From Amphiscolops sp. MND2022 (Eukaryota), in assembly GCA_964187785.1 (NCBI GenBank), contig OZ076409.1, positions 10,170,001 through 10,234,000 on the forward strand: 64,000 nt of DNA, given 5' to 3'. The translations under genes and the position numbers were made by a program. Below are positions 36,424 to 48,626 of this stretch, in pieces; the first letter of the stretch is position 1, and each line of letters starts with the position of its first letter. Below the pieces are notes generated by a model. It searched no databases. It worked only from the letters and a program-made list of their open reading frames with translations, and was not told where the DNA came from.

Positions 36424-37350
36424 TGTAACGGCTGCTTGCCCTTATCCTGCGCTGAGGCTTGACAAACATTACGCCGCCCTGATCCGTTGCATAAGACTGT
36501 GGACAGTTACTGAACAAATCCTGGTTTTTTTTGTTCAAAGGACTGTATCTTGTGGCTGGTGGGTCCGATGTGACCCGTAGGAGTCTCATGCGATCCCTCT
36601 TTCCACTCGTTTGGATCCGATGTGGTCCGTAACACACTTCCCTAACTGTATCTTCACGCGCTGCGGCTGTCTAATTATGAGAGTAGCTACTTAGTCGCTC
36701 TGATTCTAGCGAAAAGTTGTGAAGATTGAGAAGTTGGTTAATTAGTCTCTTGGTCCTAAGAGCCAACTTGACTATAGCTACTCAGTAGAGAAAATCTCTA
36801 TATAATAATGGTATACATATCGTTTACAATTCTACAGTAAATATAAGCAATTACAGGTAAGTATAAATAAATGACATTCAAGTGAATTATTGGCTATGTA
36901 AGCAAACTATGTGGTGGTTTTGGCATGTTGGTTAGGTGGGCTAGAAAGTATGTTTACACAATGTAAATATCATTAATTTCAACAGAGTTGCTTTCCCTTC
37001 AAGGTCATATGAGAAAATCACATAATAATTAGTACATCAAAATTGGGTTTTCATGGGTTCCGACATAGGTCACTTTGGGTGTTAATTGCTCGGAACCCAG
37101 GGGTGATACGAGGTAGGGTGGTTCGAGTGGAAAGTTGAGTTAGCAACTCTAGTATATACATTCTAAGTTTCAGGATGACTGCATTAGCTTCTCAAAAAGG
37201 GGGTGGTGTTTTTGCCTGCATCACCTATTTTGGTTAAAATCGTAATTTTCCAACTAGAATCCTGATGAGATTTCTAAGTGTTTTGAGTTATAAGTTTCAT
37301 CAGTCACGTTCAAATTTAGTTTCTGATCTCGCAATTGACTGGCGCCAACA
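36424..37350 (-). repeat. Bel/Pao 3' LTR, inner copy
   Basis: Duplicate of 35292-36219, adjoining the integrase 3' end. Confidence 0.9.
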
Positions 37351-37399
37351 TTGCCGGTACTGTTTTTCTCCCGAAAAACACTTTCATAGAACATGGGTG

Positions 37400-40300
37400 C
37401 CAGCTTCACTACTGGTCTTTTGAGTTTTCTATCTTAAGTTTTCACCAGCGCTGATCTCACTCGCCCATCGCTTCCATGGTAGACTTCCAACACTCTACCC
37501 ATCTTGTAGCGTGCTCTTTTTACATTCTCATCTACTATCCATACCAAATCTTTGACTTCCAATTGTCGAACTTTTTCTTTATTCCATTTGGGTCTCTCAT
37601 TCTATTGTGGTAAATATTCTCTGTTTCATCTGTCCCAAATCATATCTGCGTATGCTTGTGAAACTCTGAATACTTTTCGCAGATCCGTATATTGCTGAGC
37701 GTTAGGAATGAATGGGGTTGTAGGACTCGCACGTCCTAGTAGGAAATGATTCGGAGTCAAAGCTTCCAAATCTTCGGGATCATCACTGACACTAGTCAGA
37801 GGTCTCGAATTCAATATCTGCTCAACTAGACACATTGTTGTGGATAATATATCATCTGTCAATGTTCTGGTTCCCACAATCGCCAATATGGCCTTCTTGC
37901 AGCTTCTAACCATGCGCTCCCAAACACCTCCAAAATGCGGGGCACCTGGAGGGTTGAACCTCCATTTTTATTGCTTTCGAGCCATAGACTGCTCAATATC
38001 TGATTGATTCCAAGCTTGTATCCATTCGCACATTGCTCCAGCTACGCCCACAATATTTTTTCCATTATCACTTAAAATGATATTAGGTTTTCCTCCTCCT
38101 GCGATGCATCTCGTAATTGCAGCAAGACGTGCGTCGGCTTCCGGGCTGGGCACGACTTCAGTATGCACAGCTCTCATTGTTAAACATGTGAAAAAACAAC
38201 GCCATCGTTTCATTGATTTCCTCATGAATCTCTCTTCGAATGGTCCAAAATTGTCTACTCCAGTATTGGCAATGGGGAACTCTTTCTTCCAATCATTCTT
38301 TAGGTAAGTCTGCCATGAAAGGTTGAACTCCTCCAACATGTTGCATTCCGCACTTAACACACTTCAACTTCACATTTCTGAGCGCGTTTCGGAGTCCAAA
38401 TATCCGGTATTTTTGCTGCAAAATGCTGCGGACTTAATCCGTTCCTTCATGGTAGTTACTTGCATGCGCATCTTCAATCAATTTCCTCACTATCGTAAGC
38501 TTAGCTGATAGCAAAATTGGATGTTTCATTTCATAACTCGCATCATCAACACAAAGTCGCTTCTCAATCGCATTAGGTTCTGATCGTCCATAAATGGTGA
38601 CAGTTTGTTCAAGTGATCAGATGCTGTCATGGGTTTATCTGCTGCCAATGCTTGATAAGTTTGACCGAAGCATTCCATCTGGCTCTTCCTCAGTAACAGT
38701 CGGACAACTTGTTGCAACTCTTCTGTTATTACCACTTTTTCTTTGATTTTTGATTTGAACCGAAAGCAATAGGCGAAGATCCGTGTCATTCTTCTGAAAG
38801 AACCGATCTTATCCCAATCGATGTCCTTTTCTTCTGACACGACTTCAAAGACTTGTTCTATGTCTTCGTTTTGCTGAAATAGCTGTGGTGATGTTTGTGG
38901 CCAAGCACTTTAATTCTCTGGATGCCATGCCGGCACTGTGAACCACTCAATCTTTTCTAGTTCAAGAACAGATTTTCCTCTTGTTCCAATGTCCGCAGGG
39001 TTTAAAGATTTTTCGACATGTCTCCATTGATCAATGATTGAACAGTCAAGGACCTCGGCGACTCTGTTTGCCACAAACACTGGTTGTTTCTTGTCAGCCC
39101 CATGCAACCATTGCAAAACAGTTGTCGAGTCCGTCAAAAAGAAGGTTCATTCAATTTCAATGTCGTGTTCGTCTACGATCAGATGTTTCATTCGGGTTCC
39201 ATACACAGCTGCTTGTAGCTCTAGTCGGGTAATTGATTGTTGTTTCATTGGCTCTACTCGGCATTTCCCTACCACTTAGGCAAGCTCTCCAGTTTGTTGA
39301 TCTCGAAAGTACTAGACTAGATGCATAGTATGCACAAGGCGACCAGGGATGCATCGTCGAAAACATGCAAGTCCACTACTTCAGCATTTTTCGACAAATA
39401 CTTCCTTTTGATAGCCATCTCATTCATGTGATTCAACTCCGATGCCCAATCCTTGAATGCTATCTCGTCTTCTGGAGATAATTCTTCGTCCCACGACTGC
39501 CCATGTTTCGTCCAATTTCCTTTGCGCAACAATCTCATCCTGACAGTGAAAGGGGAAAACAGTCCCAACGGGTCAAACAGTAACCTTGGCTGGCACCTCT
39601 TCTCCTGTACCGCGGCAAATCTCAAGACAGTCTGACTCCACAATCCCCTGGAGTCCTAATATAGAGGTACCAAGGGTTCAGCGTCGAATGTTTTGCTTAG
39701 CGCGACTGATCTATCTTCCGGGGATACCAACTCCATCACTTTCTCTGAGTTGCAAATCCATTTCGTTAGTTGAAGCCATGGTCCGCTAAGGACTTTCGCA
39801 AGCTCCTGTACACTTCCACAGCTTCTTCCTCTGAAGCTACTGACTTCACAAAGTCATCCATATAGAAATTTCTAATAATCAAACTTGCGACCATCTCCTT
39901 GTCGCCTCCGCAATCTCTTCCGACTTGTAGCAAAGCATAGTTGACACATGTTGGCGAACTCTTAGCTCCGAAAATGTGCCTTCCTTATTAATACACAGCG
40001 ATAAGTTCCGTGTTGCTTTCTTCTCTCCACTAAAATCTGAGCACTTTGCAATCAGCAGGGGGTACTTTCACTTTGAGAAACATCGCTTCGACATCTGCTG
40101 TCAAGGCAATTTGTTATTCCCTGAATCTGAAAAAAAATCCTATCAGCGATTGAAGGAGGTTTGGTCCGGCCATCAAGTTATCATTTAGTGAAACAACTCC
40201 GAACTTTGAGAGGCAGCGTTGCAGACTCGTCTCACTTTGTCTGGCTTGTTCGGGTTCAGTACTGGAAGATGCGGAACGTACCACTGGAGGTCTGTCTTAG

Positions 40301-43300
40301 TGCTTTCAGGCTCTTCTTCATCCAGAATTTTCACAAATCCCTTTTGCACGTCCACATCAATTGTTTCTTTGTAGCGTTATTTCAGGTTCTCATCCTACTC
40401 CAGTCGGCGCTCCAGAGGCTTCAATTGACACACTGCTGATTTGTGGTTGTTTGGCAAATGCGGCTTTGCATTATTCCAAAGTATTCCGACCTCATAACTC
40501 TCTCCATCGAACTTTGTGGTTGCCTTGAGCATTTCGAGGGCCTTGTCTTCCTCCTCGGACATTCCGGATACGCTGCAGTTGGAAGCATACAATTTTATGC
40601 TCCACCAAGACTCACGTGATCCGCTAATGGGTCCACTTCTGCTGAAACTAGACTTTCAGTTGCAAGTTTTGCAGTCTCTTGTCGAGGCAATGGTTCACTG
40701 AGCATCCATCCCAGCTTCGTTCGCACTGCCCAGGGCTTTGCGTTTCTACATACTCTATATATGGTAGCTCTATGCAAGTGATAACAATCATGGCCCAAGA
40801 TGACTTTACATCTTTCAGGTTGATGATAGAGTCTTTCAAAACTGACAAGTGAGGGTATGTTTCTTTCAATTTCTTGAGATCGTACAATCGATTTCCCGCA
40901 TTTACGCCATGATGACTATATACCATGATATCTTCATTAGCCTTTCCGTCTTGATCTCCAATCCTTACTCGAAGTCGTTTGCTACTAATATCTGACGTAC
41001 CATGAATCCCTGCATCATTCAAATCCACTGGCTGTTCGGTCAGATTCAGCGCTTTCATCAGGCTCTCGTCCACAAAGAACAGACTTTCTCCAGAGTCGCA
41101 CAAAGCGAACGTTTCCAGAGTTTTGCTCCCACTCCCTATCGTTACTGGAATGACTGGAAGCACTCCACTGCTTTTCATTGATGACAAGTTGGAGACCTCA
41201 TCGACATTTTCAGCATTTTTCTTTTGTTCAACGTTCATGTATGGTCTGTGTAGCAATATGTGATGGAGTTTTCCGCAACCATTGACGTCACAGAGTCTAC
41301 CAGAGCAATTTCTCATCTGATGTGCGTCTGACAAGCATTTGAATCACAGTTTCAATTCTTCAGCTTCTTGTCCTCTTTCTTCAACGTTCATCATCTTGAA
41401 TTTTTCAAAATTCCATATCGGATGTTTGCCATAATTTCAGCCCACACTCACGCTGGTATTTCGAGTTGTCACTCGCAGTGTTTGTTGCTGATGTTGCAAA
41501 TGTGGAGTTTTTTGCCTTTCCTTTGTAGCTCGACTTCGCGCGATCAGCATTCGGGTTTGAAGACAAAAGCAATTCATCTTGAACATCTGCTATATCATTG
41601 AGCCATTCACTGAACACAGCGAGTCCAATTTGATACAGGTTCTTTTGCTTCACATGAGTGAGCCACTTCGTATTCATACCCATTGTTAATTTCCTTGTGG
41701 CACTGCCCAGAACTCCTTCTGAATTTATGTCTCCCACGTAGTTGAATTGTGTCAAAACATTCACGCAACTCGGCACTATTCTCGCAAACTTGATCAATGC
41801 GGCACCATCATAAGTTTTCATCGGAGGAAAGGAGTATATTCGCTTCAGCTGAGCGTTCACAACCATTTGAGGTTTTCCAAAGTTTCGAACTAGAACGTTC
41901 CACGCCACATTGTACATCTCAGCAGTGTACCCAAGGCCAGCAATCGCCTCTTTGCCCACTTTGCCCGTTACCATTGTTTTCAAGTGATTCATCTTTACAC
42001 TGTCGTTCATATTTGCTGCGTGGACGGTTGCTCGAAATAGTTGTAACCACTCTGGCCACTCAAATGGGTCACCTGAAAACTCTGCCATCTCCAGTTTTGG
42101 CACTCTAGACCTGATGAAGTAGTCGTCTCTAGCACTTGACGCTATGTTCGGCCCTTGACTTGGAATATTCCGCTTTTGTTCTTACAAACTGTGGTACTTG
42201 AAATGCACCACTCGGGATGCCTCCAAACGTAGGGATTAACCGATTCTGGTCTGCACTGAGGGTCATCGACGGCTTCGATGAGGCGATTTTCACTTCTGGT
42301 TGTGCTGTTGCTCTTCGACTGCCAACTCCGGAGACAGTCCTTGTTCTATCCCTTCCAATAACTCGCATAGCGGTTTCTGTGGATATGATCGGTTTGACTG
42401 AGGGTTTCAAGTCTCTCATTAGCGCGGAGAAATGTCCTCCATGCACTGTATCCTCCGATTGAACTGAAATCAATGGTGCTGAGACGTACGTTTGCTAGTA
42501 TACAGGTAGCACGTTAATCGACGATGCCACATTTTCAGCTTCTTCTGTCTTGTCCATTCATTCTGAAACTTTCGTCAGATTGTCATCTAGAGTCCCGATT
42601 GGTGAGATACTTTTGAAGCTAGACCCACAACTACTCGAAACTTTGGCCAGCTCTATTTACCTTTCAGCAATTCTGGCTTTGCGGGCCACCTATTCTTGTG
42701 AATCTGCTATCTCCTTTTCTTTTGCTTCTCGCTCCAGTTGTTTTGCTTCTCGTTCCAGTTTCTCCAGGCGCGTTTGCAGTTCTTCGTACTCTTTCAAAGC
42801 TTTCAACTCAACTCCAAATCGAGAACTCGTCTCACACTTGATGTTTATGAAACCACGGAGGTTTTGTTGCTTTTGGTTCTGTCACCTCGCGAATGTATGC
42901 TCAATTCTTCTATTGGCTCTGATCTAGCCCCATTTTGTCGCTCTTGGCTGTCATCCGCGTTATGACCATCGTGTTCTTTTTGCTCATCGTCTGGTTGTGG
43001 TTCCATTTGTGGTGAGGTACCATTTTTACTGGATTTGTCTGCTGCCACGCTTGCACGAACGTCTGTTAGTCTTTGCTTAGTTCAGCGTCTTCAAGACTTC
43101 ACAAATTGGCCCCAGCTTCTCCTGACTTCAGGAGAGCTTCATCTTTCATTTGGAAGTCAGACCGCTCTTGAAGCAACTCTTGATATGCTGTTGCATGACC
43201 TTCTTTGACGTCCTCGCCGTTTTCAATTCGTTTGTCGCGCAACTTTCGCTGTGGACGATTCTTTCATCAAAAGCACGTTTTTTTTCTTCAAGATCCAAAT

Positions 43301-43700
43301 AATTTAGTGTCTGATTTGCATCGTGCAATGCTGACATCAGTATTATCAACCTTCCAATGCTAAAGTTTTGTTGCTGCAAATTGTCTCTTTATTGCTTTGT
43401 TCATTGCTGAGAATATTTCGGGTATCTGCGGTTGATACTTGAGTTATATTGCATTTTCGACTGCTTAAATGAGTCGTTCTCGCCTGTTAATGGCATCGGT
43501 TCGTCGTAACAGTAGCTCTGCTATCTGTTTGTTGTCATCATTGCTAGCTAGATTTTCATCAATTTCTTTGAGATCCTTGCGTGCTCGACAGCTGCATTCC
43601 AATAACTCCGCGTTTGCGCGTTGTCTGCAGAGTTTTTCAGAAAGTTCTCAACTTTGTTGATATCAAACCATTTTTGTTGAGCAATCTCTTCACTTTTCGA
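37400..43700 (-). pseudogene. Bel/Pao gag-pol polyprotein remnants
   Basis: Gag MPKLEMAEFSGDPFEWPEW (41405-42103); protease LCDSG (40648-41334); RT FYMDDF (about 39850-39870); RNase H HVFDDAS/TDSTTVLQW/NPADIGTRG; integrase GVDNFGPF/SDNGKN/LTPNHFLLG. Many stops and frameshifts. Boundaries approximate. Confidence 0.9.
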
Positions 43701-43719
43701 TGGAATTTAGTTCCCAAAG

Positions 43720-43845
43720 TCACAATAGCCCAAACTCCAAGAGACACAGTAGCCCAATCTCCCAGAGACACAGTAGCCCGATCTCCCAGAAACACAGTAG
43801 CCCCAATGTCCCAGATATACAGTAGCCAATGCTCCCAGAGACACA
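43720..43845. repeat. About 22-bp minisatellite in the Bel/Pao 5' region
   Basis: CACAGTAGCCCAATCTCCCAGA-like unit, about five copies. Confidence 0.75.
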
Positions 43846-43927
43846 AAATCAGAGAGTCCATGATCCAGGCACTTGTTCTTGGCTGTCCACCAACGAGACG
43901 TCCTCGTCCTCGTCTCCTTCTTGTAGT

Positions 43928-43943
43928 CCGGGTCGGTGGACCA
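43928..43943 (-). other. Bel/Pao primer binding site (tRNA-Tyr-like)
   Basis: TGGTCCACCGACCCGG two bases after the LTR end on the minus strand. Confidence 0.6.
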
Positions 43944-44329
43944 AATGTAACAGCTGCTTGCCCTTATCCTGCTCTGAGGCTTGACAAACTTTACGCCACC
44001 CTGATCCGTTGCTTAGGTCTGTGGACCGTTACTAAACAAATCCTGGTTTTTTTGTTTAAAGGACTGTATCTTGTGGCTGGTGGGTCCAATTTCACCCGTA
44101 GGAATCTCCTGCGATCCCTCTTTGCACTCGTTACGATCCGATGTGATCCGTAACACACTTCCCTCACTGTAACTTCACGCGCTCCGGCTCTCCAACTATG
44201 AGAGTAGCTACTTAGTCGCTCTGACTCTAGCGAAAAGTTGTGAAGACTGAGAAGTTGAATATTCAGTCTCTTGGTCCTAAGACCCAACTTGACTATAGCT
44301 ATTCAGTAGCGAAAATCTCTATATAATAA

Positions 44330-45825
44330 TGTGGCGCAGCCTAGAGCTTGCGTTGGATCCGCGGTGCAGCATTGAAGGCAAATGACTCACGCATCTGCAA
44401 TAAATCCAGAGAAAACTCATCGCTTCATGGATTTTATATTGTATGGATTCATACATAACTTTTAATTATCAGCTATGTCTGAATTTGTTTGCTATTGTTA
44501 CTAGCCATATTTATAAAACATTACTCATTCATAAGTGATTTACCAGATGTTACATGGTGTTAACTTATTTGACGCATAACACTGTTTATCACGAATTCTT
44601 GTGAAAAGAATAAATTATACGTGGCTTCTATGTAACATTAAAGCATGCTGACTTAAGTATTTGAATTGAATTGCTGTACTAAGTTTGCAGCATATTGCAG
44701 TACAATTTCACATTTTTAATTTTCCTAACCATGGCATTTGAGAGTATGATTCATCATAACAATTTGATCACGCATGCAGTAATATGTTGAAATTAATACT
44801 TGCACTACATGAGTCATACTACGTGTTGCCACATTTTTCTCGTTAACGATGAACTGATTGGTACAGTTAGTGTTATGACCAATCAAAATGCAGGAAAATA
44901 TTCGTCATGCGGGAATCTATTTATAGAAGTGATGTAATTTACAAACGTATTTTTATATCAAATTGGGTACTATTTATTGTGATTGCATAATCATGATGTA
45001 ACCGTGACATTCCAAAAATTGGTTGTCATGCTGCTAAATTTAGCCCAAACCAAAAAGGAGAGTAAGAAATCCGATAATATCCATTCAACAGAAACCTTTC
45101 AGACTGATTAGACCTTTCTTTTCATCCTCACAAACTTTGTTTCAACCTTGATAACTTAATATTATGCGCATTTTCTTCAACTTTATTTCAACCTAATTTT
45201 ACTTTGCTCATCATTCTAATTGATTTTCTTCTCTCCAAAACAGCATTTTAACCTGACTAAAATGGGTAACAAGAGAAATAGAAGATCTAGACGAGGACAA
45301 TCACCCTCGCTTGAGAGAGAGTTGAGCACATCCGAAATAGAAACATCACAAGGTAATGAAACTGTTATCGGAACTTTAAATAACATTGAAAATGTTAGTT
45401 CAGTTAGGTAAGAAGAAATATCTTTAGACAGTGGGACACAAAATGAAGATGAAATGCAAATTTGGACTCAGAGAACATCAGATAAAACGAACAAAGCAGT
45501 AGCAAACTTAAGGAAAGAAATGGATGATAAACTAGAGAAAATACTGAAAGAGATGAAAAATAACAGAAGAACACAATCCGTACCAAACAGACGATATCGA
45601 GAACAAAACACCCCCAGAGCAGGAACTCAAAATACGCAAGTAATGAGGACGGTGAAGAAAACGCATCTGAGCCAGAAAATCAATATTGTGAAATACAGGA
45701 TAATCCTTTCAGGCCATTTAATTTAAACGAACATAGAACGCCAATGCAACCTTTGAGCATGCAAAACATTGATCTAAATGACTCTGTGGTCAAAAATGAG
45801 GACCGCACAGGAGAGGAGTATCACA
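44330..45825 (+). repeat. 5' LTR of element C
   Basis: Highly similar to 54788-56295; ends ...TCACA before the PBS. Confidence 0.88.
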
Positions 45826-46435
45826 TGGTGACAGGAGCTACCAAACCGCTTCATCGTCAAAGCTCAAACAATACAACAACAACACACAATGAACATCTGA
45901 TTGCTGAACCACTCAACATTCAGCTAGACCCCGTTAACCAAATAGCAATAGCTATTGAGAAATTAGCGAGTCGTAATTCACAACCATCACTCTTTCATCC
46001 AGAAAATACACTCACATTCAATGGTAAATTGGAAAAGAACGAGAAATTTGAATATTTTGAAGATCTTTTCCACACAACACTCCGAATGCAACCCGCATTA
46101 ACTGAGGAAATGAAAATAAGTCATTTTCACGCACATTTGCGTGGACTCGCATTGAAAACTTTCAAAAACATCCAACGAACACCAACAACGACGCTTGAAG
46201 ACATACTGGTAGTGTTCCGGAGAAAATATGTCAAGCCCGAATCTAGTGCGTCTGCAAAACATAAATTCCATCGCTTGATTTTTGACCCGGAACGCCAGAA
46301 ACTACTGGATTTCCTAGAAGAATTACAAGAAAGCGCCGAAAAAGTCTTCGGTGATACTGCATCACAAATGATAGAAAGTCTATTATATGCAAAAATGCCA
46401 CCACACTTGAACGGTTTTATTAATCAAGCCTATCA
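45262..46435 (+). pseudogene. gag: Gag of element C, starting inside the LTR; disrupted and truncated
   Basis: MGNKRNRRSRR start; stop at 45409 and a frameshift near 45630; FNGKLEKNEKFEYFEDLF...YAKMPPHL is homologous to B Gag. Confidence 0.85.
45826..45837 (+). other. Primer binding site of element C
   Basis: TGGTGACAGGAG, identical to that of B. Confidence 0.75.
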
Positions 46436-46439
46436 AGCC

Positions 46440-48489
46440 GTCGCGAACGGAAATCAACCCGACAGAAAAACTAGAAATGAATTTACGCAACGACATACAT
46501 GCAAAAGCTATCGAGGTTAATATCCAATGCTCTGGCATAGCCGAAGAAGGACAAATTTACATCCACACAGACAATGAAAACGATGAAAAAACACTTTGGG
46601 AACAAAAAGACATTATCAGAAATCAAGCACAAACAGAAACACACAATGAACCGGAAAATGAAATAACTGAATTACAAAATTTCCATAAACCAACTGCCGG
46701 AACAATAGATTATCGGGAAAGACACTTTCGAGACAACGCAAAAATTCGACTCGAACAAAATAATAACCCAGTCCTTCGCAATCTCAGAGCAAAAATAGAG
46801 GGTGAACTTTTTGATGAATCAGCGTTCACACAAGACAATCGCTACCAACATTACCTACAAAACATACCCCGTATCGAAATTCACCAAGATATTCTTGTAC
46901 GAAAATACTACAATGATATTGCACAAATCTCACACTACCAAAAACTCTTACCGAAACAGCTTCTCGAAGAGTTTCTACAGGCATTGCATGGACACATTGC
47001 GAACAACCCAGGAATAACGAAAATGATACAAGAAGCGCGACAGAAATACTATTTTCCATGCTTAGCAAAGCATCTCAAAATATGGGTACAAAACTGCCAA
47101 ATGTGCATTCAAAACAAAAGAATCCATAACGATTTACTGAAAACAGAACTTCTAAATTGTCCAGAATGGGACCTCGGTCCAGAAGTTATTCTTCAGATGG
47201 ACACCTTACCTAATCTCCCACCAAGTGGAGGTTTTGATAACATCATAACAGCAATTGATGTCTTCTCAAGATAATTATTTGCTCATCCAACAATCCGAAT
47301 CACAGCCCCTACAGTCGCGAGACTCATTGTGGACATTCTGTGCAAACGCACAGTTTTACCAACGACCATAATAACTGACATGGGCACACAAATCACCCGA
47401 GAAGTAGCAGCAGTGCTTGTAGTTGAACTAAAACATGCTTCAAAAACACATGCACAAACAATCGGCATGCTAGAACGCACTCATGCTACAATAAAAACAC
47501 ATTTGAAAGCAGCTACAGGTGATTTTCGCAATAATTGGCACAAATTCTTACCACTGGCTGTCTTAAATCACAACACAACGTATCATGCCAGCTTAGGATG
47601 TGAACCCACCCGTGTTTTCCACGGCAGGATACCACATAACATCCTAGACTACAAGCTAGGCTATAATCCTAACCCACGGTATACTCCACAGACTGACATT
47701 GCAGAAGAAGTACAACGCAGAATGGAGATACTCAATGACCAAACCAAAAAGAATATCATGCAGTCATACTTAAAATATAAAGCATACTATGACCGCAAGG
47801 CAAAAGCAGCACCGCTTACTACAACAGACTATTGGTACATACTGAACCCGAAGGCAGACACACAAGCAACAAAAATTCCGTTCCGAGAATTCCGTTGGAT
47901 AGGTCCCTACAAAGTCAAAAAAGACCTACCTAACAATACTTACTTTGTACGAAGGCTAGGGACAAACAAAACACAACTGTTACACCGAATACGTTTGAGA
48001 AAATTTACACCTAGTGAACCACTAGCCAATAATTTTGTCAGAGAAACAGATTGGCAAAAAGATGACAACATAATAGTAACACACGATGATGTGTATGCCC
48101 ATACATGGGATACAAACTTTGGTACAGATCCATTTGACACAGAACTCCCAGATAACGAACAGGATGACATACAAGAATATGTACCGATAAGCCGCCCATC
48201 CTCCCTCGAAATTTCAAAAAACAGTGGGGGAGCCCCGGTAGAACAATCTACCGTTCCTAATGTAGAAACCCCAACCGAAAATGCAGAAAATGAAATTGAT
48301 GTAATTGATAATCAACAAGACTCACTACCTAACCCTACTATTGATGCAAGAAAATCCCTCGAAAATACAACTGAAAATCAAGAAAACGATGAGGTTCAAA
48401 AAGAAAAACCCCCTGCCAATACACGTGGTGAAAAATATAATTTACGACCTAACCCAAACCCCAATTTCTCAGATTCATACACATACTAA
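46440..48489 (+). pseudogene. Integrase of element C with RNase H C-terminal stub
   Basis: CQMC, QMDTLPNLP, TDMGTQ, MLERTH, GPY, YNLRPNPNPN; in-frame TAA at 47272-47274. Confidence 0.9.
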
Positions 48490-48626
48490 AAACAGAAGAC
48501 TACTGAGACTCAACTTTCTCTCACTAGCATCCAATTCAAAATTCAGTAAGCAGAATTAAATATGGAAACAAAAAGGTCTGAAGATAGAAGTAATTGATAT
48601 CAGACATTAGTTTAAAAGAAACAAGT

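Larger units (their letters stand above)
35191..37431 (+). repeat. Tandem duplication (1132-bp period) covering the Bel/Pao 3' LTR with both flanks
   Basis: 35191-36301 is repeated at 36323-37431, with a TTAATTGTA-repeat filler between. Confidence 0.92.

Noticed and set aside
43720..43845. CRISPR-like array
   Set aside because: Contiguous minisatellite with no unique spacers, in a eukaryotic retroelement.
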